Source: Azolla caroliniana (lineage: Eukaryota > Plantae > Polypodiophyta). Taken from it: DNA of 64,000 bases. Both the position numbers and the translations under genes were made by a program. Under the pieces are notes generated by a model that was not told where the DNA came from, did not search any database, and was given only the letters and a program-made list of their open reading frames with translations. Numbering within the stretch: the first letter of the stretch is position 1; every line of letters begins with the position of its first letter. The DNA lies in assembly GCA_043228905.1 (NCBI GenBank), contig JBHGNT010000021.1, forward strand, positions 62,001 to 126,000, read 5' to 3'. Shown in pieces: positions 42,701 to 55,459 of the stretch.

Positions 42701-45050
42701 TCGATTCGCATGTTTGAACACAAAAATCCGATATCACACGAGCTAGGTATGAACATTTTTATTTACTCAAGGGCTCCTCTCAACTCACTCCTCAAATTTG
42801 CTAATTTCGTCATGTCTCTCGACCTGAGTTTCAAAATCTTGATTTTTCAATTCCATATCATAGCTAGCGTTGTTAGCTTCGATTCGCATGTTTGTACACA
42901 AAAATCCGATATCACACTCGCTAGGTATGACCATTTTAATTTACTCAAGGGCTCCTCTCAACTCACTCCTCAAATTTGCTAATTCCGTCATGACTCTCGA
43001 CCTGAGTTTCAAAATCTTGCTTTTTTAATTCTAGATCATAGCTAGCGTTGTTAGGTTTGATTCGCATGTTAGAACACAAAATTCCGATATCACACTCGCT
43101 AGGTATGAACATTTTAATTTACTCAAGGGCCCCTCTCAACTCCCTCCTCAAATTTGGTAATTTCGTCATGTCTCTCGACCTTAGTTTCAAAATCTTGATT
43201 TTTTAATTCCATATCATAGCTAGCGTTGTTAGCTTCGATTCGCATGTTTGTAAACAAAAATCCGATATCACACTCGCTATGTATGAACATTTTAATTTAC
43301 TCAAGGGCTCCTCTCAACTCACTCCTCAAATTTGGTAATTTCGTCATGTCTCTCGACCTGAGTGTCAAAATCTTGATTTTTTAATTCTATAACATAGCTA
43401 GCGTTGTTAGCTTCGATTCACATGTTTGAACACAAAAATCCGATATCACACGAGCCAGGTATGAACATTTTAATTTACCTAATAGCTCTTCTTAACTCCC
43501 TCCTCAAATTTGGTAATTTCGTTATGTCTCTCGACCTGAGTTTCATAATCTTGATTTTTTAATTCCATGTCATAGCTAGCGTTGTTGGCTTCGATTCGCA
43601 TGTTTGAACACAAAAATCCGATATCACACTCGCTAGGTATGACCATTTTAATATACTCAAGGGCTCATCTCAACTCACTCCTCAAAGTTGGTAATTTCGT
43701 CATGTCTCTCGACCTGAGTTTCAAAATCTTGATTTTTTTAGTCCATATCATAGCTAGCGTTGTTGGCTTCGATTCGCATGTTTGAACACAAAAATCCGAT
43801 ATCACACTCGCTAGGTATGACCATTTTAATATACTCAAGGGCTCATCTCAACTCACTCCTCAAAGTTGGTAATTTCGTCATGTCTCTCGACCTGAGTTTC
43901 AAAATCTTGATTTTTTAAGTCCATATCATAGCTAGCGTTGTTAGCTTCGATTCGCATGTTTGAACACAAAAATCCGATATCACACGAGCCAGGTATGAAC
44001 ATTTTAATTCACTCACGCGCTCTTCCAACCTCACTCCTCAAATTTGGTAATTTCGTCATGTCTCTCGCCTGGAGTTTCAAAATCTTGATTTTGTAATTCC
44101 ATATCATAGCTAGCGTTGTTAGCTTCGATTCGCATGTTTGAACACAAAAATCCGATATCACACGAGCTAGGTATGAACATTTTTATTTACTCAAGGGCTC
44201 CTCTCAACTCACTCCTCAAATTTGCTAATTTCGTCATGTCTCTCGACCTTAGTTTCAAAATCTTGCTTTTTTAATTCTAGATCATAGCTAGCGTTGTTAG
44301 CTTCGATTCGCATGTTTGTAAACAAAAATCCGATATCACACTCGCTAGGTATGAACATTTTAATTTACTCAAGGGCTCCTCTCAACTCACTCCTCAAATT
44401 TGGTAATTTCGTCATGTCTCTCGACCTTAGTTTCAAAATCTTGATTTTGTAATTCCATATCATAGCTAGCGTTGTTAGCTTCGATTCGCATGTTTGAACA
44501 CAAAAATCCGATATCACACGAGCTAGGTATGAACATTTTTATTTACTCAAGGGCCCCTCTCAACTCACTCCTCAAATTTGCTAATTTCGTCATGTCTCTC
44601 GACCTGAGTTTCAAAATCTTGATTTTTCAATTCCATATCATAGCTAGCGTTGTTAGCTTCGATTCGCATGTTTGTACACAAAAATCCGATATCACACTCG
44701 CTAGGTATGACCATTTTAATTTACTCAAGGGCTCCTCTCAACTCACTCCTCAAATTTGCTAATTCCGTCATGACTCTCGACCTGAGTTTCAAAATCTTGC
44801 TTTTTTAATTCTAGATCATAGCTAGCGTTGTTAGGTTTGATTCGCATGTTAGAACACAAAATTCCGATATCACACTCGCTAGGTATGAACATTTTAATTT
44901 ACTCAAGGGCCCCTCTCAACTCCCTCCTCAAATTTGGTAATTTCGTCATGTCTCTCGACCTTAGTTTCAAAATCTTGATTTTTTAATTCTATATCATAGC
45001 TAGCGTTGTTAGCTTCGATTCGCATGTTTGAACACAAAAATCCGATATCA
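39760..45050. repeat. 10-/20-monomer higher-order periodicity (1780/3560 bp)
   Basis: GTTATGTCTC at 39961/43521 and GATTTTTTTAGTCC at 40171/43731 (3560 bp); GCATGTTAGAAC near 41284/43064/44844 and ORFs 40912/42692/44472 (1780 bp). Confidence 0.85.
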
Positions 45051-45559
45051 CACGAGCCACGTATGAACATTTTAATTTACCTAGTAGCTCTTCTTAACTC
45101 CCTCCTCAAATTTGGTAATTTCGTCATGTCTCTCGACCTGAGTTTCATAATCTTGATTTTTTAATTCCATGTCATAGCTAGCGTTGTTAGCTTCGATTCG
45201 CATGTTTGTACACAAAAATCCGATATCACACTCGCTAGGTATGACCATTTTAATTTACTCAAGGGCTCCTCTCAACTTACTCCTCAAATTTGCTAATTTC
45301 GTCATGTCTCGTCGACCTGAGTTTCAAAATCTTGATTTTTTAATTCCATATCATAGCTAGCGTTGTTGGCTTCGATTCGCATGTTTGAACACAAAAATCC
45401 GATATCACACTCGCTAGGTATGACCATTTTAATTTACTCAAGGGCTCCTCTCAACTCACTCCTCAAATTTGCTAATTTCGTCATGTCTCTCGACCTGAGT
45501 TTCAAAATCTTGATTTTTTAATTCCATATCATAGCTAGCGTTGTTGGCTTCGATTCACA

Positions 45560-48500
45560 TGTTTGAACACAAAAATCCGATATCACACTCGCTAGGTATG
45601 ACCATTTTAATTTACTCAAGGGCTCCTCTCAACTCACTCCTCAAATTTGCTAATTTCGTCATGTCTCTCGACCTGAGTTTCAAAATCTTGATTTTTTAAT
45701 TCCATATCATAGCTAGCGTTGTTGGCTTCGATTCGCATGTTTGAACACAAAAATCCGATATCACACTCGCTAGGTATGACCATTTTAATATACTCAAGGG
45801 CTCCTCTCAACTCCCTCCTCAAATTTGGTAATTTCGTCATTTCTCTCGACCTTAGTTTCAAAATCTTGATTTTTTAATTCCATATCATAGCTAGCGTTGT
45901 TAGCTTCAATTCGCATGTTTGTACACAAAAATCCGATATCACACGAGCCAGGTATGAACATTTTAATTTACCTAATAGCTCTTCTTAACTCCCTCCTCAA
46001 ATTTGGTAATTTCGTCATGTCTCTCGACCTGAGTTTCATAATCTTGATTTTTTAATTCCATGTCATAGCTAGCGTTGTTAGCTTCGATTCGCATGTTTGT
46101 ACACAAAAATCCGATATCACACGAGCTAGGTATGAACATTTTTATTTACTCAAGGGCTCCTCTCAACTCACTCCTCAAATTTGCTAATTTCGTCATGTCT
46201 CTCGACCTGAGTTTCAAAATCTTGATTTTTCAATTCCATATCATAGCTAGCGTTATTAGCTTCGATTCGCATGTTTGTACACAAAATTCCGATATCACAC
46301 TCGCTAGGTATGAACATTTTAATTTACTCAAGGGCTTCTCTCAACTCACTCCTCAAATTTGCTAATTTCGTCATGTCTCTCGACCTGAGTTTCAAAATCT
46401 TGATTTTTCAATTCCATATGATAGCTAGCGTTGTTAGCTTCGATTCGCATGTTTGTACACAAAAATCCGATATCACACTCGCTAGGTATGACCATTTTAA
46501 TTTACTCAAGGGCTCCTCTCAACTCACTCCTCAAATTTGCTAATTTCGTCATGTCTCTCGACCTGAGTTTCAAAATCTTGATTTTTTAATTCCAATTCAT
46601 AGCTAGCGTTGTTGGCTTCGATTCGCATGTTTGAACACAAAAATCCGATATCACACTCGCTAGGTATGACCATTTTAATATACTCAAGGGCTCATCTCAA
46701 CTCACTCCTCAAAGTTGGTAATTTCGTCATGTCTCTCGACCTGAGTTTCAAAATCTTGATTTTTTAAGTCCAATTCATAGCTAGCGTTGTTAGGTTTGAT
46801 TCGCATGTTTGAACACAAAATTCCGATATCACACTCGCTAGGTATGACCATTTTAATTTACTCAAGGGCTCCTCTCAACTCACTCCTCAAATTTGCTAAT
46901 TCCGTCATGACTCTCGACCTGAGTTTCAAAATCTTGCTTTTTTAATTCTAGATCATAGCTAGCGTTGTTAGGTTTGATTCGCATGTTTGAACACAAAATT
47001 CTGATATCACACTCGCTAGGTATGAACATTTTAATTTACTCAAGGGCCCCTCTCAACTCCCTCCTCAAATTTGGTAATTTCGTCATGTCTCTCGACCTTA
47101 GTTTCAAAATCTTGATTTTTTAATTCCATATCATAGCTAGCGTTGTTAGCTTCGATTCGCATGTTTGTACACAAAAATCCGATATCACACTCGCTAGGTA
47201 TGAACATTTTAATTTACTCAAGGGCTCCTCTCAACTCACTCCTCAAATTTGGTAATTTCGTCATGTCTCTCGACCTGAGTTTCAAAATCTTGATTTTTCA
47301 ATTCCATATGATAGCTAGCGTTGTTAGCTTCGATTCGCATGTTTGTACACAAAAATCCGATATCACACTCGCTAGGTATGACCATTTTAATTTACTCAAG
47401 GGCTCCTCTCAACTCACTCCTCAAATTTGCTAATTTCGTCATGTCTCTCGACCTGAGTTTCAAAATCTTGATTTTTTAATTCCATATCATAGCTAGCGTT
47501 GTTGGCTTCGATTCGCATGTTTGAACACAGAAATCCGATATCACACTCGCTAGGTATGACCATTTTAATATACTCAAGGGCTCCTCTCAACTCCCTCCTC
47601 AAATTTGGTAATTTCGTCATTTCTCTCGACCTTAGTTTCAAAATCTTGATTTTTTAATTCCATATCATAGCTAGCGTTGTTAGCTTCAATTCGCATGTTT
47701 GTACACAAAAATCCGATATCACACGAGCCAGGTATGAACATTTTAATTTACCTAATAGCTCTTCTTAACTCCCTCCTCAAATTTGGTAATTTCGTCATGT
47801 CTCTCGACCTGAGTTTCATAATCTTGATTTTTTAATTCCATGTCATAGCTAGCGTTGTTAGCTTCGATTCGCATGTTTGTACACAAAAATCCGATATCAC
47901 ACGAGCTAGGTATGAACATTTTTATTTACTCAAGGGCTCCTCTCAACTCACTCCTCAAATTTGCTAATTTCGTCATGTCTCTCGACCTGAGTTTCAAAAT
48001 CTTGATTTTTCAATTCCATATCATAGCTAGCGTTATTAGCTTCGATTCGCATGTTTGTACACAAAATTCCGATATCACACTCGCTAGGTATGAACATTTT
48101 AATTTACTCAAGGGCTTCTCTCAACTCACTCCTCAAATTTGCTAATTTCGTCATGTCTCTCGACCTGAGTTTCAAAATCTTGATTTTTCAATTCCATATG
48201 ATAGCTAGCGTTGTTAGCTTCGATTCGCATGTTTGTACACAAAAATCCGATATCACACTCGCTAGGTATGACCATTTTAATTTACTCAAGGGCTCCTCTC
48301 AACTCACTCCTCAAATTTGCTAATTTCGTCATGTCTCTCGACCTGAGTTTCAAAATCTTGATTTTTTAATTCCATATCATAGCTAGCGTTGTTGGCTTCG
48401 ATTCGCATGTTTGAACACAAAAATCCGATATCACACTCGCTAGGTATGACCATTTTAATATACTCAAGGGCTCATCTCAACTCACTCCTCAAAGTTGGTA

Positions 48501-51500
48501 ATTTCGTCATGTCTCTCGACCTGAGTTTCAAAATCTTGATTTTTTAAGTCCATATCATAGCTAGCGTTGTTAGGTTTGATTCGCATGTTTGAACACAAAA
48601 TTCCGATATCACACTCGCTAGGTATGACCATTTTAATTTACTCAAGGGCTCCTCTCAACTCACTCCTCAAATTTGCTAATTCCGTCATGACTCTCGACCT
48701 GAGTTTCAAAATCTTGTTTTTTTAATTCTAGATCATAGCTAGCGTTGTTAGGTTTGATTCGCATGTTTGAACACAAAATTCTGATATCACACTCGCTAGG
48801 TATGAACATTTTAATTTACTCAAGGGCCCCTCTCAACTCCCTCCTCAAATTTGGTAATTTCGTCATGTCTCTCGACCTTAGTTTCAAAATCTTGATTTTT
48901 TAATTCCATATCATAGCTAGCGTTGTTAGCTTCGATTCGCATGTTTGTACACAAAAATCCGATATCACACTCGCTATGTATGAACATTTTAATTCACTCA
49001 AGGGCTCCTCTCAACTCACTCCTCAAATTTGGTAATTTCGTCATGTCTCTCGACCTGAGTGTCAAAATCTTGATTTTTTAATTCTATATCATAGCTAGCG
49101 TTGTTAGCTTCGATTCGCATGTTTGAACACAAAAATCCGATATCACACGAGCCAGGTATGAACATTTTAATTTACCTAATAGCTCTTCTTAACTCCCTCC
49201 TCAAATTTGGTAATTTCGTCATGTCTCTCGACCTGAGTTTCATAATCTTGATTTTTTAATTCCATGTCATAGCTAGCGTTGTTGGCTTCGATTCGCATGT
49301 TTGTACACAAAAATCCGATATCACACGAGCTAGGTATGAACATTTTTATTTACTCAAGGGCTCCTCTCAACTCACTCCTCAAATTTGCTAATTTCGTCAT
49401 GTCTCTCGACCTGAGTTTCAAAATCTTGATTTTTCAATTCCATATCATAGCTAGCGTTGTTAGCTTCGATTCGCATGTTTGTACACAAAATTCCGATATC
49501 ACACTCGCTAGGTATGAACATTTTAATTTACTCAAGGGCTTCTCTCAACTCACTCCTCAAATTTGCTAATTTCGTCATGTCTCTCGACCTGAGTTTCAAA
49601 ATCTTGATTTTTCAATTCCATATGATAGCTAGCGTTGTTAGCTTCGATTCGCATGTTTGTACACAAAAATCCGATATCACACTCGCTAGGTATGACCATT
49701 TTAATTTACTCAAGGGCTCCTCTCAACTCACTCCTCAAATTTGCTAATTTCGTCATGTCTCTCGACCTGAGTTTCAAAATCTTGATTTTTTAATTCCATA
49801 TCATAGCTAGCGTTGTTGGCTTCGATTCGCATGTTTGAACACAAAAATCCGATATCACACTCGCTAGGTATGACCATTTTAATATACTCAAGGGCTCATC
49901 TCAACTCACTCCTCAAAGTTGGTAATTTCGTCATGTCTCTCGACCTGAGTTTCAAAATCTTGATTTTTTAAGTCCATATCATAGCTAGCGTTGTTAGGTT
50001 TGATTCGCATGTTTGAACACAAAATTCCGATATCACACTCGCTAGGTATGACCATTTTAATTTACTCAAGGGCTCCTCTCAACTCACTCCTCAAATTTGC
50101 TAATTCCGTCATGACTCTCGACCTGAGTTTCAAAATCTTGCTTTTTTAATTCTAGATCATAGCTAGCGTTGTTAGGTTTGATTCGCATGTTTGAACACAA
50201 AATTCTGATATCACACTCGCTAGGTATGAACATTTTAATTTACTCAAGGGCCCCTCTCAACTCCCTCCTCAAATTTGGTAATTTCGTCATGTCTCTCGAC
50301 CTTAGTTTCAAAATCTTGATTTTTTAATTCCATATCATAGCTAGCGTTGTTAGCTTCGATTCGCATGTTTGTACACAAAAATCCGATATCACACTCGCTA
50401 TGTATGAACATTTTAATTCACTCAAGGGCTCCTCTCAACTCACTCCTCAAATTTGGTAATTTCGTCATGTCTCTCGACCTGAGTGTCAAAATCTTGATTT
50501 TTTAATTCTATATCATAGCTAGCGTTGTTAGCTTCGATTCGCATGTTTGAACACAAAAATCCGATATCACACGAGCCAGGTATGAACATTTTAATTTACC
50601 TAATAGCTCTTCTTAACTCCCTCCTCAAATTTGGTAATTTCGTCATGTCTCTCGACCTGAGTTTCATAATCTTGATTTTTTAATTCCATGTCATAGCTAG
50701 CGTTGTTGGCTTCGATTCGCATGTTTGTACACAAAAATCCGATATCACACGAGCTAGGTATGAACATTTTTATTTACTCAAGGGCTCCTCTCAACTCACT
50801 CCTCAAATTTGCTAATTTCGTCATGTCTCTCGACCTGAGTTTCAAAATCTTGATTTTTCAATTCCATATCATAGCTAGCGTTGTTAGCTTCGATTCGCAT
50901 GTTTGTACACAAAATTCCGATATCACACTCGCTAGGTATGAACATTTTAATTTACTCAAGGGCTTCTCTCAACTCACTCCTCAAATTTGCTAATTTCGTC
51001 ATGTCTCTCGACCTGAGTTTCAAAATCTTGATTTTTCAATTCCATATGATAGCTAGCGTTGTTAGCTTCGATTCGCATGTTTGTACACAAAAATCCGATA
51101 TCACACTCGCTAGGTATGACCATTTTAATTTACTCAAGGGCTCCTCTCAACTCACTCCTCAAATTTGCTAATTTCGTCATGTCTCTCGACCTGAGTTTCA
51201 AAATCTTGATTTTTTAATTCCATATCATAGCTAGCGTTGTTGGCTTCGATTCGCATGTTTGAACACAAAAATCCGATATCACACTCGCTAGGTATGACCA
51301 TTTTAATATACTCAAGGGCTCATCTCAACTCACTCCTCAAAGTTGGTAATTTCGTCATGTCTCTCGACCTGAGTTTCAAAATCTTGATTTTTTAAGTCCA
51401 ATTCATAGCTAGCGTTGTTAGGTTTGATTCGCATGTTTGAACACAAAATTCCGATATCACACTCGCTAGGTATGACCATTTTAATTTACTCAAGGGCTCC

Positions 51501-54110
51501 TCTCAACTCACTCCTCAAATTTGCTAATTCCGTCATGACTCTCGACCTGAGTTTCAAAATCTTGCTTTTTTAATTCTAGATCATAGCTAGCGTTGTTAGG
51601 TTTGATTCGCATGTTTGAACACAAAATTCTGATATCACACTCGCTAGGTATGAACATTTTAATTTACTCAAGGGCCCCTCTCAACTCCCTCCTCAAATTT
51701 GGTAATTTCGTCATGTCTCTCGACCTTAGTTTCAAAATCTTGATTTTTTAATTCCATATCATAGCTAGCGTTGTTAGCTTCGATTCGCATGTTTGTACAC
51801 AAAAATCCGATATCACACTCGCTATGTATGAACATTTTAATTCACTCAAGGGCTCCTCTCAACTCACTCCTCAAATTTGGTAATTTCGTCATGTCTCTCG
51901 ACCTGAGTGTCAAAATCTTGATTTTTTAATTCTATATCATAGCTAGCGTTGTTAGCTTCGATTCGCATGTTTGAACACAAAAATCCGATATCACACGAGC
52001 CAGGTATGAACATTTTAATTTACCTAATAGCTCTTCTTAACTCCCTCCTCAAATTTGGTAATTTCGTCATGTCTCTCGACCTGAGTTTCATAATCTTGAT
52101 TTTTTAATTCCATGTCATAGCTAGCGTTGTTGGCTTCGATTCGCATGTTTGTACACAAAAATCCGATATCACACGAGCTAGGTATGAACATTTTTATTTA
52201 CTCAAGGGCTCCTCTCAACTCACTCCTCAAATTTGCTAATTTCGTCATGTCTCTCGACCTGAGTTTCAAAATCTTGATTTTTCAATTCCATATCATAGCT
52301 AGCGTTGTTAGCTTCGATTCGCATGTTTGTACACAAAATTCCGATATCACACTCGCTAGGTATGAACATTTTAATTTACTCAAGGGCTTCTCTCAACTCA
52401 CTCCTCAAATTTGCTAATTTCGTCATGTCTCTCGACCTGAGTTTCAAAATCTTGATTTTTCAATTCCATATGATAGCTAGCGTTGTTAGCTTCGATTCGC
52501 ATGTTTGTACACAAAAATCCGATATCACACTCGCTAGGTATGACCATTTTAATTTACTCAAGGGCTCCTCTCAACTCACTCCTCAAATTTGCTAATTTCG
52601 TCATGTCTCTCGACCTGAGTTTCAAAATCTTGATTTTTTAATTCCATATCATAGCTAGCGTTGTTGGCTTCGATTCGCATGTTTGAACACAAAAATCCGA
52701 TATCACACTCGCTAGGTATGACCATTTTAATATACTCAAGGGCTCATCTCAACTCACTCCTCAAAGTTGGTAATTTCGTCATGTCTCTCGACCTGAGTTT
52801 CAAAATCTTGATTTTTTAAGTCCAATTCATAGCTAGCGTTGTTAGGTTTGATTCGCATGTTTGAACACAAAATTCCGATATCACACTCGCTAGGTATGAC
52901 CATTTTAATTTACTCAAGGGCTCCTCTCAACTCACTCCTCAAATTTGCTAATTCCGTCATGACTCTCGACCTGAGTTTCAAAATCTTGCTTTTTTAATTC
53001 TAGATCATAGCTAGCGTTGTTAGGTTTGATTCGCATGTTTGAACACAAAATTCTGATATCACACTCGCTAGGTATGAACATTTTAATTTACTCAAGGGCC
53101 CCTCTCAACTCCCTCCTCAAATTTGGTAATTTCGTCATGTCTCTCGACCTTAGTTTCAAAATCTTGATTTTTTAATTCCATATCATAGCTAGCGTTGTTA
53201 GCTTCGATTCGCATGTTTGTACACAAAAATCCGATATCACACTCGCTAGGTATGAACATTTTAATTTACTCAAGGGCTCCTCTCAACTCACTCCTCAAAT
53301 TTGGTAATTTCGTCATGTCTCTCGACCTGAGTTTCAAAATCTTGATTTTTCAATTCCATATGATAGCTAGCGTTGTTAGTTTCGATTCGCATGTTTGTAC
53401 ACAAAAATCCGATATCACACTCGCTAGGTATGACCATTTTAATTTACTCAAGGGCTCCTCTCAACTCACTCCTCAAATTTGCTAATTTCGTCATGTCTCT
53501 CGACCTGAGTTTCAAAATCTTGATTTTTTAATTCCATATCATAGCTAGCGTTGTTGGCTTCGATTCGCATGTTTGAACACAAAAATCCGATATCACACTC
53601 GCTAGGTATGACCATTTTAATATACTCAAGGGCTCCTCTCAACTCCCTCCTCAAATTTGGTAATTTCGTCATTTCTCTCGACCTTAGTTTCAAAATCTTG
53701 ATTTTTTAATTCCATATCATAGCTAGCGTTGTTAGCTTCAATTCGCATGTTTGTACACAAAAATCCGATATCACACGAGCCAGGTATGAACATTTTAATT
53801 TACCTAATAGCTCTTCTTAACTCCCTCCTCAAATTTGGTAATTTCGTCATGTCTCTCGACCTGAGTTTCATAATCTTGATTTTTTAATTCCATGTCATAG
53901 CTAGCGTTGTTAGCTTCGATTCGCATGTTTGTACACAAAAATCCGATATCACACGAGCTAGGTATGAACATTTTTATTTACTCAAGGGCTCCTCTCAACT
54001 CACTCCTCAAATTTGCTAATTTCGTCATGTCTCTCGACCTGAGTTTCAAAATCTTGATTTTTCAATTCCATATCATAGCTAGCGTTGTTAGCTTCGATTC
54101 GCATGTTTGA
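45560..54110. repeat. Regular higher-order repeat tract with units of 10, 8, 8, 8 and 10 monomers
   Basis: Equivalent ORF starts at 46075, 47855, 49279, 50703, 52127, 53907 (spacings 1780, 1424, 1424, 1424, 1780); CGTTATTAGC at 46251/48031; minus-strand ORFs at 45634/47414/53466. Confidence 0.9.
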
Positions 54111-55459
54111 ACACAAAAATCCGATATCACACGAGCCAGGTATGAACATTTTAATTTACCTAATAGCTCTTCTTAACTCCCTCCTCAAATTTGGTAATTT
54201 CGTCATGTCTCTCGACCTGAGTTTCATAATCTTGATTTTTTAATTCCATGTCATAGCTAGCGTTGTTAGCTTCGATTCGCATGTTTGTACACAAAAATCC
54301 GATATCACACGAGCTAGGTATGAACATTTTAATTCACTCACGCGCTCTTCCAACCTCACTCCTCAAATTTGGTAATTTCGTCATGTCTCTCGCCTGGAGT
54401 TTCAAAATCTTGATTTTGTAATTCCATATCATAGCTAGCGTTGTTAGCTTCGATTCGCATGTTTGTACACAAAAATCCGATATCACACGAGCTAGGTATG
54501 AACATTTTTATTTACTCAAGGGCTCCTCTCAACTCACTCCTCAAATTTGCTAATTTCGTCATGTCTCTCGACCTGAGTTTCAAAATCTTGATTTTTCAAT
54601 TCCATATCATAGCTAGCGTTGTTAGCTTCGATTCGCATGTTTGTACACAAAATTCCGATATCACACTCGCTAGGTATGAACATTTTAATTTACTCAAGGG
54701 CTTCTCTCAACTCACTCCTCAAATTTGCTAATTTCGTCATGTCTCTCGACCTGAGTTTCAAAATCTTGATTTTTCAATTCCATATGATAGCTAGCGTTGT
54801 TAGCTTCGATTCGCATGTTTGTACACAAAAATCCGATATCACACTCGCTAGGTATGACCCTTTTAATTTACTCAAGGGCTCCTCTCAACTCACTCCTCAA
54901 ATTTGCTAATTCCGTCATGACTCTCGACCTGAGTTTCAAAATCTTGCTTTTTTAATTCTAGATCATAGCTAGCGTTGTTAGGTTTGATTCGCATGTTTGA
55001 ACACAAAATTCCGATATCACACTCGCTAGGTATGAACATTTTAATTTACTCAAGGGCCCCTCTCAACTCACTCCTCAAATTTGCTAATTTCGTCATGTCT
55101 CTCGACCTGAGTTTCAAAATCTTGACTTTTTAATTCCATATCATAGCTAGCGTTGTTAGCTTCGATTCGCATGTTTGAACACAAAAATCCGATATCACAC
55201 TCGCCAGGAATGAACATTGTAATTTACTCAAGGGCTCCTCTCAACTCACTCCTCAAATTTGCTAATTTCGTCATGTCTCTCGACCTGAGTTTCAAAATCT
55301 TGATTTTTTAATTCCATATCATAGCTAGCGTTGTTAGCTTCGATTCGCATATTTGTACACAAAAATCCGATATCACACTCGCTAGGTATGAACATTTTAA
55401 TTTACTGAAGGGCTCCTCTCAACTCACTCCTCAACTTTGCTAATTTCGTCATGTCTCTC

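Larger units (their letters stand above)
1..55459. repeat. Tandem satellite array, 178-bp monomer (main homogeneous subfamily), left block; probable centromeric/pericentromeric satellite
   Basis: Consensus ACATTTTAATTTACTCAAGGGCTCCTCTCAACTCACTCCTCAAATTTGCTAATTTCGTCATGTCTCTCGACCTGAGTTTCAAAATCTTGATTTTTTAATTCCATATCATAGCTAGCGTTGTTAGCTTCGATTCGCATGTTTGTACACAAAAATCCGATATCACACTCGCTAGGTATGA recurs every 178 bp. ORF-track starts are spaced by multiples of 178 (e.g. 5099/5277, 8161/8339) except across the listed indels. The centromeric role is inferred from monomer size and organisation only. Confidence 0.98.
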
